62,592 nt of DNA from Gemmatimonadota bacterium. Lineage in GTDB: Bacteria; Gemmatimonadota; Gemmatimonadetes; Palauibacterales; Palauibacteraceae. The DNA lies in assembly GCA_039587445.1 (NCBI GenBank), contig JBDHIM010000012.1, positions 1-62,592 on the forward strand. Direction: 5' to 3'. Shown in pieces: positions 54,443-62,592 of the stretch (position 1 is its first letter; every line of letters starts with the position of its first letter). The notes under the pieces were generated by a model. The model made no database searches. It saw nothing but the letters and a program-made list of their open reading frames with translations, and was not told where the DNA came from. The translations under genes were made by a program, and so were the position numbers.

Positions 54443-55327
54443 CTATGCGGCGAATCGCCCGGCAGCCTTGATCGTGTTCTTGAGCAGCATCGCGATCGTC
54501 ATCGGACCGACCCCTCCCGGCACGGGCGTGATCCACGAGGCCACCTCCCGCACCGCGTCGAAGTCCACGTCGCCTACGAGGCGATATCCCTTCTCGCGTG
54601 TCGGGTCATCCACCCGATTGACGCCGACATCGATAACCACGGCGCCCGGCTTCACCATGTCCGACGTCACGAAGTCGGCGCGGCCGATCGCCACGATCAA
54701 AATGTCTCCCAGACGCCCGATCTCACCCATGTCGTGGGTCCGGCTGTGAGCGAGAGTGACGGTCGCGTTCGCCCACGGCTGCTTCTGGGAGAGGATCTCC
54801 GCCACCGGGCGCCCGACGATGTTGGATCGTCCCATGACGACGACGTGCTTGCCCTGCGGATCGCAGTCGATCCGCTTCAGCAGCTCCTGGATCCCAGCCG
54901 GCGTCGCCGGACGAAACGCGTCCGGGTCGCCACTCACCATCCGTCCGACGTTAACGGGATGAAACCCATCCACGTCCTTCTCGGGCCTGACTCGCAGCAT
55001 CACCTCGGCCTCGTCCAGGGGGTCGGGCAGTGGAAGTTGAACGAGGATTCCGTGAATCTTCGGGTCTTCGTTGAGCTGCTCCACCCTCTCCAGGAGCTCG
55101 CTCTGTGAAATGCCGGCGGGCAGATGCATATCGGGCGCGTAGATGCCCGCTTCCTCGCAGGCGCGCTTCTTCATGCGAACGTAGACCTGCGAGGCAGGGT
55201 CCTCGCCGACCAGAACGGCGGCCAAACCCGGGCGCGTGCCCCGCTCGGTCAGCTCGAGCGCGCTCTCCGCGACTTCAGCCCGGATCTCCGAGGCGATTTG
55301 CTTTCCATCTATCAGTTCGGCTGTCAT
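54443..55327 (-). CDS. folD: methylenetetrahydrofolate dehydrogenase/cyclohydrolase
   Basis: IDGK, VLVGEDPASQVYV, GILVQLPLP, KDVDG, GRSNIVGRP, TPVPGGVGPMTIAML. Confidence 0.98.
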   Translation of the reverse strand: MTAELIDGKQIASEIRAEVAESALELTERGTRPGLAAVLVGEDPASQVYVRMKKRACEEAGIYAPDMHLPAGISQSELLERVEQLNEDPKIHGILVQLPLPDPLDEAEVMLRVRPEKDVDGFHPVNVGRMVSGDPDAFRPATPAGIQELLKRIDCDPQGKHVVVMGRSNIVGRPVAEILSQKQPWANATVTLAHSRTHDMGEIGRLGDILIVAIGRADFVTSDMVKPGAVVIDVGVNRVDDPTREKGYRLVGDVDFDAVREVASWITPVPGGVGPMTIAMLLKNTIKAAGRFAA

Positions 55328-55372
55328 GCGCAGGCCTCGTTTTGTGGGCGGCGGGCCGGACCGCAGGCTGGG

Positions 55373-56935
55373 TCAGCGAGCGAAGTCCACGGCCCTGGTC
55401 TCCCGGACCACCACCACCTTGATCTGGCCCGGGTATTGAAGCTCCTCTTCGATTCGCCGAGCCGTCTCTTCGCTCAGCTCCGCCATCTCCTTGTCGCCGA
55501 CCCGGTCGGGCGTCACCATGACACGGATCTCACGGCCCGCCTGGATCGCGTAGACCTTCTCGACGCCTTCGAACGAGGACGCGATCTTCTCCAGCTTCTC
55601 CAGGCGCTTCACGTAGTGCTCAAACGACTCCCGTCGCGCCCCCGGTCTAGCCCCCGAAATCGCGTCCGCCGCCGTGACCAGGAAGGTTTCCGCGAACAGC
55701 GCCGGCTCCTCGTCGTGGTGGGCCCGGATCGCGTTGAGCACCGCCTCCTTCTCGCCGCAACGCTTGCAGAGCTCGTAGCCGAGCTCCACGTGGCTTCCTT
55801 CGTGCTCGTGCGTGAGCGCCTTGCCGATATCGTGCAGCAACCCCATCCGCTTGGTTATCTGGCCATCGAGGCCGAGTTCCGCGGCCATGCTGGACGCCAG
55901 CAGAGCTACCTCGCGCGCGTGCTGGAGCTGGTTCTGCCCGTAGCTGGTGCGGTAGCGTAGCACACCCAACCGTTCGACCAGCTCGGAGTGCAAATCGTGA
56001 ATCCCGAGCTCGTAGATAACCTCTTCCGCGGCTTCCGTCATCGACGTCTGGACGTCCTCGCGAGCCTTCTCGACGACCTCCTCGATCCGGCCGGGGTGGA
56101 TGCGCCCATCCGCCACCAGCCGTTCCATCGCCAGGCGCGCGATCTCGCGGCGTATCGGATCGAAGCTGGAGAGAATCACGGCCTCCGGCGTGTCGTCCAC
56201 GACGACGTCCACGCCGGTAATGGCCTCGAAAGAGCGGATGTTTCGGCCCTCTCGGCCGATGATCCGCCCCTTCATGTCATCGCTGGGAAGTGCGACGACC
56301 GAGACCGTAGTCTCCGAGGAGTGATCGACGGCCAACTTCTCGATCGCCATCGAGATGATCTTCTTGGCCTCCCGCTCCGCCTCACGACGGGCGCGCTCCT
56401 TGAGGTCACGCACTCGGCGCGCCGTCTCGGCGCGCGCCTGATCCTCGAGGCGCCTGATCAGCTGCTTTCGCGCCTCGTCCCGGGTGATGCCGGACAGCTT
56501 CTCGAGCTCCCTGTCCAGCTCGCCCGCACGAAGATCGAGACGCTTGGAGGCCTCCTCCTGCTCGTGCGCCTGCGCCTTCATCTCGGCGCTGCGCGTCTCC
56601 TGACGCTCTTCCCGCTCGTCCAGCAGGGCCAGTTTTCGGTCCAGAAGCTCTTCGCGCTCCGCCAGACGTGTCTCTATCCGCTCGAGATCCGAGCGCCGCC
56701 CATCCGCCTCCTTCTCCCAATCTGCCTTGAGGCGGTAGGCTTCATCCTTCCCTGCAAGCTCGGCCGACTTGCGAATATTCGAGGCCTCGCGCTCCGCCTC
56801 CCTGACGACGCGCTCGCGCTCGCTGGCGAGATCCTCTCTCCCGCGCACCGCCCGGCGGCGCTCCAGCAGATGGCCCGCTCCGACTCCCAGCACGAGAGCG
56901 AGCGCAACGACGATGACGGTGATCTCGAGTCCCAT
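55373..56935 (-). CDS. rny: ribonuclease Y
   Basis: N-terminal TM and coiled coil; KH motif KGRIIGREGRNIR; HD motif LLHDIGK; YAIQAGREIRV. Confidence 0.98.
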   Translation of the reverse strand: MGLEITVIVVALALVLGVGAGHLLERRRAVRGREDLASERERVVREAEREASNIRKSAELAGKDEAYRLKADWEKEADGRRSDLERIETRLAEREELLDRKLALLDEREERQETRSAEMKAQAHEQEEASKRLDLRAGELDRELEKLSGITRDEARKQLIRRLEDQARAETARRVRDLKERARREAEREAKKIISMAIEKLAVDHSSETTVSVVALPSDDMKGRIIGREGRNIRSFEAITGVDVVVDDTPEAVILSSFDPIRREIARLAMERLVADGRIHPGRIEEVVEKAREDVQTSMTEAAEEVIYELGIHDLHSELVERLGVLRYRTSYGQNQLQHAREVALLASSMAAELGLDGQITKRMGLLHDIGKALTHEHEGSHVELGYELCKRCGEKEAVLNAIRAHHDEEPALFAETFLVTAADAISGARPGARRESFEHYVKRLEKLEKIASSFEGVEKVYAIQAGREIRVMVTPDRVGDKEMAELSEETARRIEEELQYPGQIKVVVVRETRAVDFAR

Positions 56936-56987
56936 CGGGCTCCGAATATCTATGTCGGCGGGGTTTCCTGGGACGCCCCGCAGAAGC

Positions 56988-57160
56988 AAAAAAAAAGGCC
57001 GAGCGCTGGTGCGCGCCGACCGTCAGCCGAGATGAGCAACCGGCGACGCATCGCGAAGCGACGCGCCGCATCTATGTACAAGATCGGGTGATCTCCAACG
57101 CCCGGCAGCACACACTGGCAAAATCAAGTTGGGCCGCCACCGATGGCGTCGCAAGCGGCC
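56988..57160 (-). ncRNA. ssrS: 6S RNA (candidate)
   Basis: Lies between zapA and rny, a common ssrS location. The ends pair (GGCCG...CGCC ATCG with CGGT CGGCG...CGGCC) as a long irregular hairpin ending in U9. Confidence 0.65.
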
Positions 57161-57165
57161 AGGGA

Positions 57166-57483
57166 TCAGTCGCCCGCGTCCAGCACCGCCTCGATTCGCC
57201 CCCGCATCTCGGTAACCCGATCCCCCAGCTCACGCTGCAGGTCCTCCGCGTTCGCATACGCCCGGAAGAGTCGATCAGTGATCTGCATGGCCGCGAGTAT
57301 CGCTGCCTTGTGTGGCTCGGCCACGTGGCCCCGCACGTGCGCTTCCTGGATCGCCGAGTCCACGTAGCGAGCGCAGCGCTCGGTGTACGCTTGACCCATC
57401 TCCGACCGGATGAGGTAGTCTTCGCCGAAAATGGTCACCCGAACGGCCTTGTGATCGCCACCGTTGCCGTCGTTCTCAGTCAT
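57166..57483 (-). CDS. zapA: cell division protein ZapA
   Basis: VRVTIFGEDY...ARYVD...AILAAMQI pattern. Confidence 0.9.
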   Translation of the reverse strand: MTENDGNGGDHKAVRVTIFGEDYLIRSEMGQAYTERCARYVDSAIQEAHVRGHVAEPHKAAILAAMQITDRLFRAYANAEDLQRELGDRVTEMRGRIEAVLDAGD

Positions 57484-57838
57484 CGGCCTGCTCATCCTCC
57501 ATCAACATCAGGCGGCTCCGAATGCGGTCCGCTCGACCTCGTGCCTCGTTCACGGCTGCCCGGAGGCGCCCGTTCTCCTCGGCCAGCTCCTCGAGCCGGG
57601 TCTGCAGTTCTGTCGGAGCCATCTCCTCCAAATCGGTGTCTCTCAACGCCTCGGCCAGTTTCCGGTGGTTCTCCTCGGCGACGCTCGCCCGTTCCCTCAT
57701 GGCCCCGAAGTTCCCGACGAGGGACTCCACTGCCGCCTCGAGGCTCGTGATCTCTTCATCGATGTCGGGAGCCTCGGCCAGGACCTCTTCCTTTGCTTGA
57801 TCCCCTCCTTCGGAGTCAGGCCGTTCGGATGCGGGCAT
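57476..57838 (-). CDS. ZapB-like coiled-coil protein
   Basis: Continuous heptad helix between pheT and zapA (LEAAVESL...LEELAEENGRLR...IRSRL). Confidence 0.75.
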   Translation of the reverse strand: MPASERPDSEGGDQAKEEVLAEAPDIDEEITSLEAAVESLVGNFGAMRERASVAEENHRKLAEALRDTDLEEMAPTELQTRLEELAEENGRLRAAVNEARGRADRIRSRLMLMEDEQADD

Positions 57839-60281
57839 CGCTCTTATCCTCCAGGGCTAGAGTGACTGCTTTCATGGCGGCATCCACCTCCTCGTCGGTG
57901 AGTGTGCGATCGGCGGCCTGGAAGCGGAATCGCCAGGCGAGGCTCCGGCATCCCTCCGGAATCTCCTCGCCCTCGTAGACATCGAACAACCACACCGATT
58001 CGAGGAACGGCGGGCAAGCCCCCGTAATGACCTCCTCGAGCTCCGAGACCGTACGCTTCTCCGACACGATGATCGCGAGGTCCCTGCCGACGCGAGGGTA
58101 CGGCGAGAGCGACGCAAAGGCGGCTTCCTCGTCGAGTTGAACGGCGGCGAGCCGAAACTCTCCGGCCCATACGGGAGCCGCCCAACGAGGGGCGTCCACG
58201 GCGGAGTCTTTGATCCGGCCGGCCAAACCGACGACGCTCCCCTGCCTTTCGAGCTCGAATGCCTCTCCGTTGAGCCACCGGGCTACCGACCCGAGGCCCG
58301 CCGCGCCGACTCCTTCATCGGCGTCAGGGCGAACCGGCGTGACGCCAGCATCGAGTAGATCCTCGGCGAGCTCTTCGGCCAGACCCTTGAGATCCCATAG
58401 GTCTACGTCAGCGGACTCGACTCCCCAGTGCTCGGGCTCACGACCTCCCGTCACCACGAAGGCAGCCCGCAGCTCCTCGAGAGGCAGGGCCGGAGGTTCC
58501 TGGTCGTCTCCGCTCGCCGCGAAGGCCGTCCCGATCTCGAACAGCCTCACATCCCTGCGGCCCCGAGCCAGGTTGTACTCCAACCGGTCGAGCAGCGACG
58601 CGATCAGGTCGGTGCGTAGCCGGGCCTCCTCGGCCGACAGCGGGTTGCGCAGCTCCACAGCGTCCGGACCGGCCCGCCGTCCCGTGGCGAAGCTCACGCT
58701 CCGAGCCTCCAGGTAGCCTCGGGCCACGAAGAGCCGGCGGACGCGCTCGGCCCGTTCCCACGCGGGATCGTCGGGCACCGAGCTCGGCCGAACCGCGAAC
58801 GCGCCACCCTCGAAGCGGTTGTAGCCATGCCGGCGTGCCACCTCCTCCACGAGGTCGATCTCACGCGTCACATCGTTTCGCCAACCCGGCACGTAGAGGC
58901 GAAGCGGCGAATCATCCGCCTTCCCGGACCCGTCGGCGGGCTGAAAGCCGATCGGGGCGAGCATGTCGGTCAGCTCCTCCCGATCGAAGCTCCGGCCGAG
59001 CACTTGCCGCACTCGGGAGGGCCGAAGTTCCAGCACGGTCCGCTCTCCGGGTATAGATCCGACCCGAATCGCGTGCTCCTCGGCCCGACCGCCCGCCGTC
59101 GCGACGATCAGGCGTGCGCAGCGGGTGATCGCCCTCTCGACGTCCGTAAGATCCACTCCCCGCTCGAAGCGGTACGACGCATCGGTGGACAGGCCGGCCT
59201 GTCGTGCCGTTCGTCGCGTGCGCAGCGGGTCGAACACCGCGCACTCGAGGAAGAGGTCCGTGGTCCCCGAGCTCACCTCGGTCTCCTCTCCGCCCATGAC
59301 TCCGGCGAGGCCGATGGCTCCATCGGCATCCGCGATGACGGACGAGACCTCGGCGAGAGTGTGCTCCTCGCCATCCAGCGTGCGCAGCCGTTCCCCTTCC
59401 CTCCCGGCTCGCACCCTGACCTCGGGGCCTCGCAACGTCGCCAGGTCGTACGCATGAAGGGGATGGTTGAGCTCGTGCATCGCGTAGTTCGTGGCATCCA
59501 CTACGTTGTTGATCGGTCGACCGCCGAGCGCCCACAGCCGCGCCGCCAGCCATGCGGGAGAGGGACCGACGCGCACCCCTCGAATCACGATTCCGAGGAA
59601 GCGGCTGCACCGTTCCGGGTCCTCGATGATTACGCGCACCCCAGCCGCCGAGACCTCGCTTTCTCCGTCGATCCAGGTCGGCTTCCAGTCATCGGCGGCC
59701 GATCCGAACGACGGAAGCACGAGGCCGGCGTCGCCCTCCGGCGCCAGCTCCCGCGCCACCGCGAGATGCCCGGCCAGATCGGCCCGGTTCGGGGTGAGAT
59801 CCAGCTCGAGCACATGATCCGGGAAGCCCAGCGCCTTGGCGAGCGGCTCGCCCGGCTTCAGGTCGGGTGGAAGCTCGAGGATGCCCGAGTGGTCCCAACC
59901 CAGCCCCAGCTCGCGTTCCGAGCACAGCATCCCGTGGCTCGTCTGGCCGCGGATTTTGCGGGCGGCGATCTTCAGGCCGTCGGGCAGCGTCGTGCCGGGC
60001 GGAGCATGCGGGTAGAGCGCTCCTGCCCGCACGGGCGCCCCGACCACGACGCCAATGGGCTCATCCATCCCCACCGTGATGGAAGCCAGGTTTAATCGGT
60101 CGGCGTCAGGGTGTGCCGTCGTCTCCTCCACCCGCGCCACCACGACACTCTCGATTCCGGTGCCGATGCGATGCACTTCGTCCACGGCGACTGCGGTCAT
60201 GGAGAGATGATCGGCGAGATCCTCGGGCGATCCCACGATCCCGGGCGCCAGCTCTCGAAGCCAGTTGACTGAGACTTTCAC
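57816..60281 (-). CDS. pheT: phenylalanine--tRNA ligase beta subunit
   Basis: MKVSVNWL, HPDADRL, RGQTSHGMLCS, LDLTPNRAD, NNVVDATNY, SYRFERG, FDVYEG, RTLTD. Confidence 0.98.
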   Translation of the reverse strand: MKVSVNWLRELAPGIVGSPEDLADHLSMTAVAVDEVHRIGTGIESVVVARVEETTAHPDADRLNLASITVGMDEPIGVVVGAPVRAGALYPHAPPGTTLPDGLKIAARKIRGQTSHGMLCSERELGLGWDHSGILELPPDLKPGEPLAKALGFPDHVLELDLTPNRADLAGHLAVARELAPEGDAGLVLPSFGSAADDWKPTWIDGESEVSAAGVRVIIEDPERCSRFLGIVIRGVRVGPSPAWLAARLWALGGRPINNVVDATNYAMHELNHPLHAYDLATLRGPEVRVRAGREGERLRTLDGEEHTLAEVSSVIADADGAIGLAGVMGGEETEVSSGTTDLFLECAVFDPLRTRRTARQAGLSTDASYRFERGVDLTDVERAITRCARLIVATAGGRAEEHAIRVGSIPGERTVLELRPSRVRQVLGRSFDREELTDMLAPIGFQPADGSGKADDSPLRLYVPGWRNDVTREIDLVEEVARRHGYNRFEGGAFAVRPSSVPDDPAWERAERVRRLFVARGYLEARSVSFATGRRAGPDAVELRNPLSAEEARLRTDLIASLLDRLEYNLARGRRDVRLFEIGTAFAASGDDQEPPALPLEELRAAFVVTGGREPEHWGVESADVDLWDLKGLAEELAEDLLDAGVTPVRPDADEGVGAAGLGSVARWLNGEAFELERQGSVVGLAGRIKDSAVDAPRWAAPVWAGEFRLAAVQLDEEAAFASLSPYPRVGRDLAIIVSEKRTVSELEEVITGACPPFLESVWLFDVYEGEEIPEGCRSLAWRFRFQAADRTLTDEEVDAAMKAVTLALEDKSDARIRTA

Positions 60282-60441
60282 CGAATCATGTCCCGCGGGA
60301 CTCCATGGGGAGAATCCGCTCTCACTCGCAACACATATATTTTAGTTGACTTTAAAGCGTCGACCGCAGAAACGGCTTTAGGTAGTCAAACATACGCGGC
60401 GATTCGCGACGCCGCCACCGCGATCCGTCCGCGACGTCGGA

Positions 60442-61477
60442 CTAACGAAACTGCGCCAGAAAACGGGCATCGCCCTCGTAGAAGAGCCGGATGTCCGGAA
60501 TCCCGTACCTGAGCATGGCGATCCGGGCCGAGCCCATGCCAAACGCGTAGCCCGTGTACCGCTCCGGATCGTACCCTACCGCCTCGAACACCGCCGGGTG
60601 CACCATTCCGGAGCCCATGATCTCGATCCAGCCGGTTCCCTTGCAGGTAGAGCAGCCCGATCCCCCGCACATGTGACAGGAGACGTCGACCTCGGCGGAG
60701 GGCTCGGTGAAGGGGAAGTACGCCGGACGGAATCGAGCCGTCGTCTCCCGGCCGAAGAAGCGGTGGACGAAGTGCTCGATGGTGGAGCGGAACTCCACGA
60801 AGTCGATCCCCTCGTCCACGGCCAGTCCCTCGATTTGCTCGAAGGCCGGCGCGTGCGTCGGATCGAACGGATCACGCCGGTAGCACAGACCGGGAACCAC
60901 GACCCTCACGGGCGGCTCGTGCGTCTCCATGATGCGGGCCTGCACCGGGGACGTATGGCTGCGCAGGACGACCCCGTCAGCCAGGTAGAAGGTGTCCCAC
61001 ATGTCGGCCGCCGGATGCTCGAGCGGGATGTTGAGGGCCTGGAAGTTGTACCAACCACTCCGTCTCCGCTTCTGGACCTCGCACCTTCGAGAAGCCGAGC
61101 TCCCGGAAGATCTCCAAGATCTCGTCGATGACCCGAGTAACCGGATGTACGCCCCCCTCCCAGGCGCGGCGACCAGGCATCGTGAGGTCCGCCTGCGCGA
61201 CGCCCACCGACTCGGCTCTCTCCAGGGCCGTCTGTCGAGAGGCGTGCGCCTCTTGCAGCCGTCGCTTGGCGGTGTTTGCCGCCTGGCCGATCGCCCGGCG
61301 GTCCTCGGCAGGCGCCTGGCCGATGCGGCTCAGCATGCCGGCCAGATCGCCACTTCGACCCAGATATCGAACCCTGAGCGCTTCGAGCTCTTCGAGCGAG
61401 CCCGCTGCCTCGATCGAAGCGAGGCCTTCACCCTCGATCCGCTCCAGAGAGTCGACCAGTTGAACGGGCTCGGTCAT
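60442..61477 (-). CDS. pheS: phenylalanine--tRNA ligase alpha subunit (frameshift from a 4-bp duplication at 61050-61057)
   Basis: HPVT...GPEAETEW in one frame; [35 protein letters not shown] and GMVHP in another. Confidence 0.95.
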
Positions 61478-61484
61478 GCCAGCC

Positions 61485-61841
61485 TCAGCGCATCTGGTCC
61501 TTGGCTACCTGCACCAGCTCGGCGAACGCCGCCGGCTCCCGGACGGCCAGATCCGCCAGCACCTTCCGGTTGAGGTCGACACCGGCGCCTCGCAGCCCGC
61601 TGATGAAACGCGAGTATGAAAGGCCGTTCTCCCTAGCCGCGGCGTTGATCCGGCTGATCCACAGCGCCCGGAAATCCCGCTTGCGACGGCGACGATCGCG
61701 ATAGGCATACTCCCAACCACGCTCGACCGCGTCCTTGGCTGGCCGGTACAGCTTGGATCGCCCGCCGAAGTAGCCGCGGGCTTCCTTCATGAGCTTCTTC
61801 TTGCGCTTGTTTCGCGCGATGTTCGTCTTTACGCGAGGCAT
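61485..61841 (-). CDS. rplT: 50S ribosomal protein L20
   Basis: MPRVK...ARGYFG...[20 protein letters not shown]...[10 protein letters not shown]. Confidence 0.99.
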   Translation of the reverse strand: MPRVKTNIARNKRKKKLMKEARGYFGGRSKLYRPAKDAVERGWEYAYRDRRRRKRDFRALWISRINAAARENGLSYSRFISGLRGAGVDLNRKVLADLAVREPAAFAELVQVAKDQMR

Positions 61842-61903
61842 CGTCTCACCTCTTCATCTGTCGCTTCGAAAGTCTATGCTCGGCTTACTGTCCATTGTCC
61901 CGG

Positions 61904-62098
61904 TTACTGTCCCAGCATCCGCTTGACCCGTTTCGTGTCGGCCTTCGAGACGCTCGTCGGCTTGCGCAGACGGCGCTTCCTCTTGCGGCTCTTCTTGGTG
62001 AGGATGTGGCTGGAGAACGCCCTCCTCCTTCGCAAGCCTCCGGAGCCGCTCTTGCTGAACCGCTTCGCGACCGAGCGGCGCGTCTTCATCTTCGGCAT
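61904..62098 (-). CDS. rpmI: 50S ribosomal protein L35
   Basis: [14 protein letters not shown]...[16 protein letters not shown]. Confidence 0.99.
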   Translation of the reverse strand: MPKMKTRRSVAKRFSKSGSGGLRRRRAFSSHILTKKSRKRKRRLRKPTSVSKADTKRVKRMLGQ

Positions 62099-62147
62099 CT
62101 GATCTAGCCTCCTTTCCGGCGCGTATGGCTCAGCCGGCGCGTATCAC

Positions 62148-62592
62148 TCATTCCACCTCGATCCGGTGCGGCGCCATGACCATGGTCATCGTGCGCCCTT
62201 CGCGCGCGATCGCGGTCTCCACGGCGGCGACATCCTGCAGCTCTCCCTTCACCTGCTCCAGCAGCCGGATGCCGAGCTCCGGGTGGGTAACCTCTCGACC
62301 GCGGAACATCAGTGTGAACTTGACCTTGTCACCCTCTTCGAAGAATCGCCGCGCATGGCGCATCTTGAACTCCAGGTCGTGGGTCTCGATCCGGGGCCGC
62401 AGCTTGACTTCCTTCACATGTATGTTGTGCTGCTTCTTCTTCGCCTCGCGGAGCTTCCTCGCCAGCTCGTACTTGTGTTTCCCGTAGTCCATCAGCTTGC
62501 AGACCGGCGGGCGCGCGTTGGGCGCCACCTCCACGAGGTCCAGGCCGCGCTCCCGCGCCATGCGCCTCGCTTCGTCGGTCGGAACGATACCC
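62148..62592 (-). CDS. infC: translation initiation factor IF-3 (5' end outside the window)
   Basis: LDLVEVAPNARPPVCKLMDYGK.KYE, KEVKLRP.I..HD, GDKVK...FRGRE. Confidence 0.98.
   Translation of the reverse strand, partial: GIVPTDEARRMARERGLDLVEVAPNARPPVCKLMDYGKHKYELARKLREAKKKQHNIHVKEVKLRPRIETHDLEFKMRHARRFFEEGDKVKFTLMFRGREVTHPELGIRLLEQVKGELQDVAAVETAIAREGRTMTMVMAPHRIEVE

Noticed and set aside
56988-56996. A9 homopolymer as a phase-variation tract
   Set aside because: It is intergenic and directly follows the closing stem of the 6S-like RNA, so it is best read as a terminator U-tract.

Overview
High-GC bacterial chromosomal window. The 16S sequence and gene styles suggest a Gemmatimonadota-like organism, but this is inference, not a database result. 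From left to right it holds: the 5' part of a 16S rRNA gene with its promoter; tRNA-His, ychF, a ChdC/HemQ heme enzyme, an M20 peptidase, a CobB sirtuin and a PAS-GGDEF-EAL protein; several secreted peptidases and an arylsulfatase; and a four-gene glucosylglycerate-type compatible-solute cluster. An accessory hotspot surrounds tRNA-Leu(CAA). It has an integrase-less 4.3 kb islet bounded by a 3'-tRNA att repeat on one side. On the other side is a 1.62 kb cassette bounded by a duplicated tRNA 5' half plus upstream leader. Next comes a roughly 13.5 kb minus-strand operon that is the best candidate for an undescribed system: a small secreted 6-Cys peptide, a one-Cys thioredoxin-like protein, a beta-propeller lipoprotein, a membrane protein, an MFP, two different RND permeases, a DUF5916-like outer-membrane protein and a 2-TM protein. 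The window ends with housekeeping genes (Ca/H exchanger, tRNA-Cys, nadK, xseAB, folD, rny, 6S RNA, zapA, pheST, rplT, rpmI, infC). Several lesions look like assembly errors: a 36-bp duplication in 16S, a 4-bp duplication in pheS, a frameshift in an amidohydrolase, and a head-to-head junction of two 5'-truncated genes. Fine-scale anomalies should therefore be checked against reads. No CRISPR array, transposase or integrase was seen.
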